A DNA stretch of 62,793 bases, counting the filler, from an uncultured bacterium (GTDB lineage Bacteria > JAGOEH01): assembly GCA_964632485.1 (NCBI GenBank). It is 2 parts of 2 records of this genome, joined end to end, with 100 filler letters (N's around TTAATTAATTAA, not from the genome) between each part and the next. Parts side by side here need not be neighbours in the genome. Positions count along the whole stretch, not along the records: positions 1 to 31,852 come from CAZWDO010000032.1; 1 more part is not named here. One strand, written 5' to 3'. Position numbers and translations under genes: made by a program. The first letter of the stretch is position 1; every line of letters starts with the position of its first letter. Positions 8,383 to 17,473 of the stretch are shown here, in pieces. A model generated the notes under the pieces. It saw only the letters and a list, made by a program, of their open reading frames with translations, ran no database searches and was not told the origin of the DNA.

Positions 8383-10431
8383 CTATCGAATGATTGCCAG
8401 TTTTTTTACAATTGATCCGCCATCGGGAGTTTCAAAATAAACGATATACAAACCGCTGACGACCACTTGCCGATATTGACTGACGGAATTCCAGGATTCG
8501 TCGCCACTGCCGTCTGTATGATTGATAGTTTCAACCAGATCGCCGCGGGCCGTAAAAATTTTGATCACACATTCGGGCGGCAGGTTATAAAACATAATAC
8601 GATCTTTACCACCTTCTCCAAATTGGATATCGGTCGCCTTTATGTTATACGGATTAGGTACAATACGAATATCCTCCAACCTGGAGCCGGCAGGTCTTCG
8701 CAAATAAGCCGGGTCTGTCGTGATGGTAAAAAATTTGCTGCTTTCCATCGGTATCCCTGGCTGAATGGTATTTGTTGTCCCATTGTCATAAGAAACGATA
8801 TAATAGTAATAGTTAAATCCCCGAATAGCTGTAAAATCGTTAAATTCGTTTGTTACAGGATTACCGCTAACGCCTCCGCATTCATAAATCATATCAAAGA
8901 GAGTATCGGGTTTATGAATAGCGCGATAAATGCGATATCCTTGAAAATTAGACCCCATTTCCGCATTGGCGGACCAGGTGAGTACGATACGGTCCCCACC
9001 GGATTTGACTTCGAAGTAATCCGGTGGCGGCGGAGGTTCAGGTACTGTATATTGATTGTTAAAGACTTCAATGGCGCGATTAAAGGTCTGAAAAAGCGAA
9101 TCGCGTCCGGTCATCACCCAGGTATTTTTAAATTCCTCCTTATTTGTTGTTGTCGCTCCACTTGGCAGGATATATTCACTACTGAGTTCCTGCTTCCAAA
9201 TGCGGCCGATGCGAAAAGCTTCTCTGCGGCTCAATCCTGCGACGCCTTCAGCAAAAACGATATGAATACTATCGCCTTGATCCAAATTATACGGGCCAAA
9301 TCCCTGGGTACTGGAAAATCCGCCGGGTGTTCCGCCAACGATATCCGCAAAATCATTTCCCACCATATCAGCATGGCGTACAGCCGGATGTCCTGCGCTC
9401 ATGACGGCGTATTCATCGGCCATCTGTTGATCATTGAACTGACTATTATTGGATGTGATGGAAACATCAGAACCGATATAGTAGGTTGTCTTCGGTTGAT
9501 AGGGGTCATTGACGGGTTCATTGGCCGATTTATCGGCGTGCAATGTAGTTGTTCCCACAAATTGCGGCGCCCCCAAACGGCCATCCCCGGTAGAATACGG
9601 GGCGCCAATATTATCAAACCCGGCTTTAGAGTGGCGACCATGCCAGGAGTACTGACAGCGAAACGGATCGCCGCCGTTGGGGTTTTCTCCCCGGGCATCG
9701 TTCATTGTGTTATGTCCCCAAGCCGCGGATTGCGGCATCCAATTTAAACCGCCGCCACAGGCCTCGCGCGTCATTGAATAACGATATAAATAGAAAAAAT
9801 AAACATCCTGTAATGATTTACTTACAGTCTGACCATTTTTATCAATAATTCCCGTATTTTTAAAAACCAGATCATGAATGAAAAAATTATCGTAATAGGG
9901 ATTGGAATATCCATAAATATGGCGAGTAATCGTAATACCAATCGATGTATTGATCACATTATAGATCATGCGGTCGCTGGGAATCGATTCATCCACTTCG
10001 TCCACTAAATCCACGAATCCGGCTTTTGAAGCTAAAGCGCCGTCCACAATCACATTGGGATGATCATATTTTCCATATAATACCATCTCCACCGGCATAA
10101 ATTCACTTTGCTCGTCAAGCACCCGGGGCCCGCAATGCGCCACTTTGTAATTATAATCTTTACTGACTAAAGGATCGGAATAATTACGGGTTCCAATCCA
10201 CAATGCCTTAGCAGCCTTGGTATCCTGCCATTTGAACTGGGCATCGTAGCGCAATCCATCCTGTTGGTCTGCCACTAGCAATGTGCGTCCGACTTCACGT
10301 TCACAACCTGCGCTTGAAAACCAGTCATTCAGCTTGCCAATGGCCATCCAGCGCACTTCATCGCTTTTACTTACACACGGAATCATTAAAATGATGAAAA
10401 TCAATAAATTCCATCGTTTGATCATATTCAC
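8383..10431 (-). CDS. Secreted protein with FN3-like domain and T9SS-type C-terminal domain
   Basis: Signal peptide. PEPPPPP..IVLTWS..FQGYRIYR..YYYYIVSYD is FN3-like. The tail IRIVPNPY..KIFTARGDLV..SGLYIVYF..KKLAIIR is a sorting domain. Confidence 0.8.
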   Translation of the reverse strand: MNMIKRWNLLIFIILMIPCVSKSDEVRWMAIGKLNDWFSSAGCEREVGRTLLVADQQDGLRYDAQFKWQDTKAAKALWIGTRNYSDPLVSKDYNYKVAHCGPRVLDEQSEFMPVEMVLYGKYDHPNVIVDGALASKAGFVDLVDEVDESIPSDRMIYNVINTSIGITITRHIYGYSNPYYDNFFIHDLVFKNTGIIDKNGQTVSKSLQDVYFFYLYRYSMTREACGGGLNWMPQSAAWGHNTMNDARGENPNGGDPFRCQYSWHGRHSKAGFDNIGAPYSTGDGRLGAPQFVGTTTLHADKSANEPVNDPYQPKTTYYIGSDVSITSNNSQFNDQQMADEYAVMSAGHPAVRHADMVGNDFADIVGGTPGGFSSTQGFGPYNLDQGDSIHIVFAEGVAGLSRREAFRIGRIWKQELSSEYILPSGATTTNKEEFKNTWVMTGRDSLFQTFNRAIEVFNNQYTVPEPPPPPDYFEVKSGGDRIVLTWSANAEMGSNFQGYRIYRAIHKPDTLFDMIYECGGVSGNPVTNEFNDFTAIRGFNYYYYIVSYDNGTTNTIQPGIPMESSKFFTITTDPAYLRRPAGSRLEDIRIVPNPYNIKATDIQFGEGGKDRIMFYNLPPECVIKIFTARGDLVETINHTDGSGDESWNSVSQYRQVVVSGLYIVYFETPDGGSIVKKLAIIR

Positions 10432-10438
10432 CTCTTTT

Positions 10439-13400
10439 TTAATTTAAATCAAACGTTAAAGTTAATCCAAAAAATATATTCCTGGGATTGAGAAACGTAA
10501 AATAGTTCAAATTGGGCATATCGATATACGCTTTATCTTCCAATACCTGGTCCAATTCACTTTTCGGTATTTCCGACCAAGCGGATTCTCGATAAACCAT
10601 GTACATTTTAGAAGCGGCTTCATAGTAAATCACCCGTTCATTGGGAGAGGTGATTGTGTTTACATTTGTTATCCATTCCATAGGACGAAATTCCACACCT
10701 GTTTTACGACAGGCGCCTGGCCGGTCATCGCCTGAAATTCCGTTATAACCCAATTCATCAAGAGTTTTCTGAGCCAGATGCAACGAATACATATAATCAT
10801 TATAATCGTAGAGATCATAAAAACTGGCGCCGGAGAAATTTTTATGGTTAAACATATTATAAACATCGACAAAAAGTTTCAAACTGACGTTTTTCATGCG
10901 AAACAGCTTAGAAATTTTCAGGTCGACATTTTGAGAGGCGCGCCAGGCGACATTATATTCCACTCCGCGGACTCCATTGGGATTCCAGGTAAAATGGCTG
11001 CCTGCTGTCCAGTAATAAAGAAAATTGGCATGCCAACCACCCAGAATGCGTTGCCCGGCGATTTGCGGACCCCAATCATCGGGCGTATGATAATCCAGAT
11101 TAGATTTGAGGCGGGGACGGGGTTTTGGCCGTTCCTGATACACATTTTTTCGTAAGTAATCGCGCATTTCCGCTGGATTTTCATAGTTGTACAGTGTTTC
11201 AAAATATCCGTTCGTATTGACGCGATATTCCAGATTCAAACCGCCCGTTAACCATTTGCCGGCATTTTTGGCAATATCCAGTTCGAAACCGCGAATATCC
11301 TCATAGCTGTTGTTAGTTAGTCGCCAATAATTAACCTTGCCGTCCATTCCCACATAACGCACCCATAATTCCTGGTCGGAAATATCTTTGTAATAAGCAG
11401 CCAGATGAACCAGATACTGCCTGAAAAGCGAATGATCATATCCCAACTCGTATGAAATAGTTTTAGCTAAAGCCAGACTGGGATCGCCATAGTATTGCGC
11501 GACATTGCCTGGCCCGCGCCTGACCATGTACATGAGTTCTGAGGTTGGCATCTGCCGGTTATGGCCGTAGTTGAAATAAAGCTTGGAATTAACGGTGATC
11601 GGATGCGACAAAGCCACACGCGGACTAATATCAAACTGCGCCTTGGCATCTTTGATTTTTAATACATCCTCTAATTCTTCCTCATAGTTAGTGGTAAAAA
11701 AATCCTTGTCATAGGCATTGACCTCGTACCATTGTCCTGTGGGATCGATATAGTCAAAAACCAATCCAACAGTGGCGATCAAGCCCTCAAATTCCATTTT
11801 ATCCTGAATATAGTAGTTGCATCGATACGGATTCCGTTTCAGCGTCGTCCAATAGTTACCCAACGGCAACGATTTGTTCACCGCGCCGAAGGACAGGTTG
11901 AAACGGTTAGTATGAAATTCTAAACCCGTCTTCATCTGGTGGTTTTTATTCATCTGCCTGGTAAAATCGCCACGGGCAGAATAAGTTGTAAAATTACTAT
12001 GATCCCGTTTTTGACTGAATGATCCACCCATGCCCATCCCATCAATGCCAAAGACAGGATCGTCTTCGAAGCCGAAGGGTTGTTCATCAATGTAGTAACC
12101 CGGAAAAATTTCATACTGGGCGGTCGTATCGCGAACCCGGCCCGGCCCGGTATGATAATTGATATAATCGCGTTTTACTAAAATTTCATAAAATGTCTCC
12201 GCATTTAATATATGAGTCATTTTAATTGAAATATTTGAGGAATAGCTGGCCATTCGCGACCAATAACTATCGGTAAAGAGACGCCAGGTGGAGGTATGGC
12301 CGATCTGGTTCAAAGCGGAAGCGGATTCATACACAGTTTCATAATAACCGGTATAACCGCTATAGGTTGCCGTACCGTACAATTCACCATAGAGTCCGAT
12401 GGCTGTCAACTTTATAGACGGTGAAATATCCGAGGTGAGTTTCATCATGATACTTGAGTTTTTAACTCCGGAAGTACTCATGGCATAAAGGTATTGACTC
12501 TCTTCTTGTCGGGTGGAAATGAAAAATCTCAAATTGCCCAGTTTTTTTCCAATGAAGGGAACGGGACCCCCGAATCCGGCATCAATTGTGTAATCCGGTT
12601 TATCAATATCGCCATTTTTCCGTTTTTGCCATTTAAAAAGCCGTTGAGCGGCATACGGGCTTAAATCATCCGCAGGATCATCATTGGACATGGTTTGTTC
12701 GGAGATATAGTTCCAGCCATTAAAACTTGGGTATTGACGTTGGGTATAGCTATCCCACGCGCCGTTATTGGTACCCGTCCAACACACTTCATCATCCAGA
12801 TAGGATCGGAACCAGAAAGAATTTGCATCATAGGGCGATACGCCGAAATGCTTGGGCATGGCGGGACGGTGCCGATACGTTATGGCGCCGGTATAACGGC
12901 CGCCATCCCCTTCCCGGGTCACTACGTTTACAATCCCTGAACGAACATTATTATATTCTGCGCTAAATCCTCCGGTTTGCACCGAAATATCCTGAATTGC
13001 GCTTAAGGGGATGTTCGAGATGGGCTTATTGGTTCGTTCATCTCGCAGGGAAATACCATCGACCATGAATAAGGTTTGCTCCCGGGCGCTTCCTCGAATT
13101 TCGAGATTAGAGGTTACACCCGCTAATTGACCGACAACATCGGTAACGCTGGCGGCTGGTAATTGTTTAATTCTATTCTGATCAATACTGGTTTGACTGG
13201 CCGCCACATCCCTCTTTATAATCTCTTTTTCAGCGACAATTACAATCTCATCCCCTTTGATGGCTTCCACTTTGAGCTCAAATGTCAAATTGGTTGTTAA
13301 ATCAATTTCAATTTTAACCTGAATCTGAGTGGTTGTAGCATATCCAATCATCTGACATTTTACATTATAGGCGCCTGGCATCAGGTTCAGAATCACAAAA

Positions 13401-13618
13401 TAGCCATCCATATCGGAAGAGGCTCCCATTTTTTGAGAGAGTGTAATCGCTCTGCCGTCCTGCCACATCTCTTCAACGATAATATTGGCGCCGATCATCG
13501 GTTCACCGGTTTCCACATCGATGACCTTACCGGAAAGCTTTCCGGTTGTACCAGCTCCAAGCCAAGATGGAATCAGTAGAATAAAAATCCATCCGATAAA
13601 ACAAATTCGTTGGATCAT
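10439..13618 (-). CDS. TonB-dependent receptor with N-terminal carboxypeptidase-regulatory-like domain
   Basis: GTTGKLSGKVID..GEPMIGANI N-domain, plug IRGS..VDGI..GGFSAEY, and C-terminal NPRNIFFGLTLTF. Confidence 0.9.
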   Translation of the reverse strand: MIQRICFIGWIFILLIPSWLGAGTTGKLSGKVIDVETGEPMIGANIIVEEMWQDGRAITLSQKMGASSDMDGYFVILNLMPGAYNVKCQMIGYATTTQIQVKIEIDLTTNLTFELKVEAIKGDEIVIVAEKEIIKRDVAASQTSIDQNRIKQLPAASVTDVVGQLAGVTSNLEIRGSAREQTLFMVDGISLRDERTNKPISNIPLSAIQDISVQTGGFSAEYNNVRSGIVNVVTREGDGGRYTGAITYRHRPAMPKHFGVSPYDANSFWFRSYLDDEVCWTGTNNGAWDSYTQRQYPSFNGWNYISEQTMSNDDPADDLSPYAAQRLFKWQKRKNGDIDKPDYTIDAGFGGPVPFIGKKLGNLRFFISTRQEESQYLYAMSTSGVKNSSIMMKLTSDISPSIKLTAIGLYGELYGTATYSGYTGYYETVYESASALNQIGHTSTWRLFTDSYWSRMASYSSNISIKMTHILNAETFYEILVKRDYINYHTGPGRVRDTTAQYEIFPGYYIDEQPFGFEDDPVFGIDGMGMGGSFSQKRDHSNFTTYSARGDFTRQMNKNHQMKTGLEFHTNRFNLSFGAVNKSLPLGNYWTTLKRNPYRCNYYIQDKMEFEGLIATVGLVFDYIDPTGQWYEVNAYDKDFFTTNYEEELEDVLKIKDAKAQFDISPRVALSHPITVNSKLYFNYGHNRQMPTSELMYMVRRGPGNVAQYYGDPSLALAKTISYELGYDHSLFRQYLVHLAAYYKDISDQELWVRYVGMDGKVNYWRLTNNSYEDIRGFELDIAKNAGKWLTGGLNLEYRVNTNGYFETLYNYENPAEMRDYLRKNVYQERPKPRPRLKSNLDYHTPDDWGPQIAGQRILGGWHANFLYYWTAGSHFTWNPNGVRGVEYNVAWRASQNVDLKISKLFRMKNVSLKLFVDVYNMFNHKNFSGASFYDLYDYNDYMYSLHLAQKTLDELGYNGISGDDRPGACRKTGVEFRPMEWITNVNTITSPNERVIYYEAASKMYMVYRESAWSEIPKSELDQVLEDKAYIDMPNLNYFTFLNPRNIFFGLTLTFDLN

Positions 13619-13642
13619 GGGAATGTTCCCTCCTTTAAATTG

Positions 13643-14272
13643 TTAGCGATCAATGAGTTCTTTAGCTATACGAACCGCGCCGAAAGCATTATCACTATAA
13701 CCATCAGCGCCGATTTCCCGGGCGAATTGTTGAGTAACCGGAGCGCCACCCACCAAAATCCGTACAGATCGCAGATTATCCATACTCCGAATGGTTTTGA
13801 CAATTCGTGGGATTTCCATCATGGTTGAGGTCAAAAGAGCAGAACAAGCAAGTAATTGCGCCTGATGGGTTTGCAGTGCGGACACAAATTTATCTGCAGT
13901 AACGTCTGTCCCCAGGTCAATCACTTCAAATCCGCTTCCTTCAAACATAAACCGAACCAAATTTTTGCCGATATCGTGCATATCCCCTTTCACGGTACCA
14001 ATGACCATTTTCCCTAAGGGTTGAATATCCTGGCGAACCAGCCAGGGTTTTAAAACTTCCATGGCGCTTTTCATCGCCTGGGCCGACATCAACATGTGCG
14101 GAATATAGTATTCATTGCGTTCAAAGCGAGCGCCGACTTCCTGCATCGCCGGAATTAGCAGTTGATTCAAAAGCTCTACTGCGGAACCGCCAGCTTCAAT
14201 TTTTTTTACCACCAATTCTTTTGCCTGTTGACTATAGCCTTTCACAACAGCTTCAAATAAGGGATCCGCCAT
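13643..14272 (-). CDS. Corrinoid (B12-binding) protein, MtbC/MttC-like
   Basis: B12 cap domain followed by GTVKGDMHDIGKNLV (DxHxxG), SALLT and VGGAP. Confidence 0.92.
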   Translation of the reverse strand: MADPLFEAVVKGYSQQAKELVVKKIEAGGSAVELLNQLLIPAMQEVGARFERNEYYIPHMLMSAQAMKSAMEVLKPWLVRQDIQPLGKMVIGTVKGDMHDIGKNLVRFMFEGSGFEVIDLGTDVTADKFVSALQTHQAQLLACSALLTSTMMEIPRIVKTIRSMDNLRSVRILVGGAPVTQQFAREIGADGYSDNAFGAVRIAKELIDR

Positions 14273-14453
14273 AATCTCTTTCCTTTTTTATAATTTTCAG
14301 CCAAAATTCTCATTTTACAATACAATTACTTTTTATACGGCAATTAAAAATGCAACATACTTCTGCCAATAATTGCGCTAATTTTTAATACGTTGACGGC
14401 TGGTTCATTCATCTTTTGTATATCCATTGATTCCAAAACGGAACTATCATCAA

Positions 14454-15506
14454 TTAAATGTTAATCGGGTAACGCCCAAATCTCTTAACCGTTTCGGTCA
14501 TTTTTAAATAATTCTCCACTTTCACGTAATTGGGTATGCTATTCGCCGATCCTAAACAATACCCTCCTCCCGGAGCGATAGTTTTTAATCGCTTGATGAC
14601 TTCCTGTTCCACATCATTTACCGTCCCTCGCGTCAGTGTATAGGAAAGATCGATATTCCCCACCAGACATAACTTTTTCCCATACTTTAATTTGAGTTCT
14701 TCAATATCCATCGCTTTCGGTTCGATGGGATGCAAAGCCTGTATTCCGCATTCAATCAATCGGTCGATCACTTTCCATAACTTCCCGTCAGAATGGTATA
14801 TTAGAGGTTTTTGATAGCGGCGGGCTAATTCTCCCATTTTATCCAGCCATGGAAATAAATATGTTTCCAATGAGTCGGGGTCTATCATCAATCCACTGGT
14901 AAAAGCAATATCATCACTGTACCAAAGAGCTTTCACGCGCTCGTGTTGCGCCATATTTTCGAACATGGAATAGACAATCGGCCCAATTGTGTCGAACATT
15001 CTTTTTATTAATTCCGGATTCTCAAAAAGAGCCATGGCAAAGGACTCAAATCCCATCATCTCCCAGACCATGGTAAAAATATCGCCATATTGACCGATTA
15101 CCATCATGCTGTCGGGCAACAGGGATGGTATGGCATCAAATCGTGAATAATCAATGGACTCAAGAGTGGGAAAAACATAGTTTTCAAAATCGGCTAATGT
15201 CCGGATTACGCCATCATGCTCATTGGCCCATTTAATGGATCCCTCAACTTCAATTTGTACGCCAGGTTTCTTTCCCGGAGGAAAAATTCCCGCCGGATTC
15301 ATATTGACAATGGGTTGCAGCTTAATATAATCATATCCCATTAGTTGCGAAAATTCAATTTCATCCTTCAATCCGGAAATCTTCCTATTTAAAACTTGCT
15401 CCTTAATCTGGGGAGAAATTCCCAATTCCATCAAGGGCACCTGATCCGGTTCTCCTTCACATCGTAAGGCTTTCAATAATCTTTCATAATCAGCATGCCA
15501 TTCCAT
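14454..15506 (-). CDS. Uroporphyrinogen-decarboxylase-family (MtaA/CmuA-like) methyltransferase
   Basis: YSDDIA, YHSDG, HPIEPKAMD, GNID and GGGYCLGSANSI motifs. Adjacent to the corrinoid protein. Confidence 0.85.
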   Translation of the reverse strand: MEWHADYERLLKALRCEGEPDQVPLMELGISPQIKEQVLNRKISGLKDEIEFSQLMGYDYIKLQPIVNMNPAGIFPPGKKPGVQIEVEGSIKWANEHDGVIRTLADFENYVFPTLESIDYSRFDAIPSLLPDSMMVIGQYGDIFTMVWEMMGFESFAMALFENPELIKRMFDTIGPIVYSMFENMAQHERVKALWYSDDIAFTSGLMIDPDSLETYLFPWLDKMGELARRYQKPLIYHSDGKLWKVIDRLIECGIQALHPIEPKAMDIEELKLKYGKKLCLVGNIDLSYTLTRGTVNDVEQEVIKRLKTIAPGGGYCLGSANSIPNYVKVENYLKMTETVKRFGRYPINI

Positions 15507-15615
15507 TTACAAACTCCTGAAAAATTTTCCAACCATAAGGAATCCCTTCTTGACGGTCATCTAATCTCTAAATCAAAATTATCGAAATGAGATTCGATCT
15601 GTTTCATCTCATAAT

Positions 15616-15643
15616 ATTATAGTAATAAATCATAAAATGTCAA
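15616..15643 (-). promoter_or_regulatory. Sigma70 promoter upstream of the methyltransferase
   Basis: Minus strand TTGACA-N16-TATAAT with both hexamers perfect. Confidence 0.7.
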
Positions 15644-15751
15644 CAAAAAAACAAATGGTTATACTAAACATTAATAAAAGATTGATCCTTGTCGCCCAAA
15701 CTTGCGGAGGGAATATCTGAATGCCCCGGAACTAATTCTAAATGAAGAATA

Positions 15752-16546
15752 TCACTGATAACTATGCATGCCGTAAAGCAGATAGGATACCCCCCAATAA
15801 GTAAAAAAGACCGATAAAAAAGTTAGAATAATCACACCCAATTGAATTACAAAGTAAACTCTTTTTTTAGGAATAAAAAAATATAGGGAAAGAATCATTA
15901 TGTTGATTAAAGCCCAGGTTTCCTTCACATCCCAGGACCAATAATTCCCCCATGAATAGTAAGCCCAGATCGCTCCTGTCCACAAACCGGTCAACAAAAA
16001 GAAGAAAGAGATATATACTTCAATATGAATACGATTGTAGATTCGCAATTCAGACTCAGTATTATCCGTTACCTTGCTTGATCTCTTGAATTTGAAATAA
16101 TAGTATAATGCCTGGATTAGGGCAATTAACAGGGCCATATATGCGATGAAATATGATGGAACATGGATCACCATCCAAATGCTATTCAAGGCCGGCATTA
16201 ACGGTTTAATAATTTTTTGAGACGGTGGTAAGGCCCAGGCGATGCCATTGAGCGCCGCGATTACGAATATAATCCAATTGCGAACAACAGGAACGAACTG
16301 GCCCGGAGTGAGGATCAGACGAAGGCCGATTAAAAAATTTAATAATAATAGTGTTTCATAGAGATTTGTAAAAGGAGGGTGACCCGCATTGAAGGCGCGC
16401 AGAGCCGGTATGGTAGCCAGAATTGCTAACAATACTAATTGCATACTCCATCGAATTTTATTCGATCCCGGCCATTTCAGACTGGTGCAAAGGCATGTTA
16501 ATGCAATTCCAACACCGGTTAACAATAACATTTGTTCCATAATCAA
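15752..16546 (-). CDS. ccsA: Cytochrome c biogenesis protein CcsA/ResC (system II)
   Basis: GHPP..NLYE, IHV and WGNYWSWDVKETW (WWD) motifs, with terminal GMHSY. Confidence 0.9.
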   Translation of the reverse strand: MIMEQMLLLTGVGIALTCLCTSLKWPGSNKIRWSMQLVLLAILATIPALRAFNAGHPPFTNLYETLLLLNFLIGLRLILTPGQFVPVVRNWIIFVIAALNGIAWALPPSQKIIKPLMPALNSIWMVIHVPSYFIAYMALLIALIQALYYYFKFKRSSKVTDNTESELRIYNRIHIEVYISFFFLLTGLWTGAIWAYYSWGNYWSWDVKETWALINIMILSLYFFIPKKRVYFVIQLGVIILTFLSVFFTYWGVSYLLYGMHSYQ

Positions 16547-17442
16547 TTCTCCTTGACAAAACGGATCACGATCAAACCCGTCATAATAATGCTAATAAAT
16601 GAAATCCAAAAAAGAAAACCAATTCCCGAGATTTCAACGACTTCCAGAACACTGACATATCCCTGGCTCGTCAGATTTATAAGAAGCGGCAGGCTATCCA
16701 ATAATATGCTGGAACCCTCTTCGATCGCCAGGAAACGGCCATCCAACTGCAACCGGATCTGTTTTCTAACTGGTTCGAATTCAACTAATTGAATAACATG
16801 ATCCCTAAGATTTATCGAATCGCCCCATTCCTTAAGCATTGATTGATCACCCCACTGTAAGGATATTTCTTCGAGCTGTCGGTAGTCGTTTTGATAAAAC
16901 CGATAGGAACCGATGCATATCGGATGGTTGACTTTAAGTTGCACCTGTTCCTCATCCAGGGTAAGATGGCTGATATAGGCAGCCGGTCGTTCACTACCGG
17001 GATGGTTTTGAATTTCAAACTGTTCCAGCTTTAATATCCGTTGATATTGCGGACTGGTTCCCGTCAGAACCGAATCAAGACGGATCGCGCTCCCTTCCCG
17101 CAATTCCATAAAAAAACGGTGGTTGAAAGATTGATTATAAAAAAAAATCCCGATTAAAATTGCCAGCATCAGTATCGCCATTGATTTAATTTTATCCCGC
17201 TTAAATTCGATGAAAGAATATAGCAGACAGAAAAAAGAAAAAATAAGCCATAATACTATATTCAGAAAAGAATTATAAAAATGGCCCAGTTGAAGAGCTA
17301 AAACCAGATATCCCATTCCGAGAGGAAGATAATCGGGATACCAGCCCCAAGGCCGATTCTGAGGAATAAATGTAGAAATTGCCAATAAAAAGACCAGTAC
17401 GATCAAAATGGAGGCTAAGGCTTTCAGGGAAATTTTTTTCAT
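16543..17442 (-). CDS. ResB/Ccs1-like cytochrome c biogenesis protein (short)
   Basis: STFIPQ, FYNS and VNHPI..YRFYQ motifs. Overlaps the ccsA start. Confidence 0.7.
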   Translation of the reverse strand: MKKISLKALASILIVLVFLLAISTFIPQNRPWGWYPDYLPLGMGYLVLALQLGHFYNSFLNIVLWLIFSFFCLLYSFIEFKRDKIKSMAILMLAILIGIFFYNQSFNHRFFMELREGSAIRLDSVLTGTSPQYQRILKLEQFEIQNHPGSERPAAYISHLTLDEEQVQLKVNHPICIGSYRFYQNDYRQLEEISLQWGDQSMLKEWGDSINLRDHVIQLVEFEPVRKQIRLQLDGRFLAIEEGSSILLDSLPLLINLTSQGYVSVLEVVEISGIGFLFWISFISIIMTGLIVIRFVKEN

Positions 17443-17473
17443 GATGGATCATTACTCCTTTAAATTCTATGAG

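Noticed and set aside
8467-9747. 426-aa plus-strand ORF and other long antisense ORFs (e.g. 39645-40337, 54230-55018, 56074-56721)
   Set aside because: They are shadows of well-supported genes on the opposite strand and have no recognisable motifs.
14273-15615. Cobalamin riboswitch or sigma54 site in the intergenic DNA near the corrinoid genes
   Set aside because: No B12-box or GGGAA core pattern is seen. TGGCAGAAGTATGTTGCA at ~14351-14368 has the wrong -24/-12 spacing.
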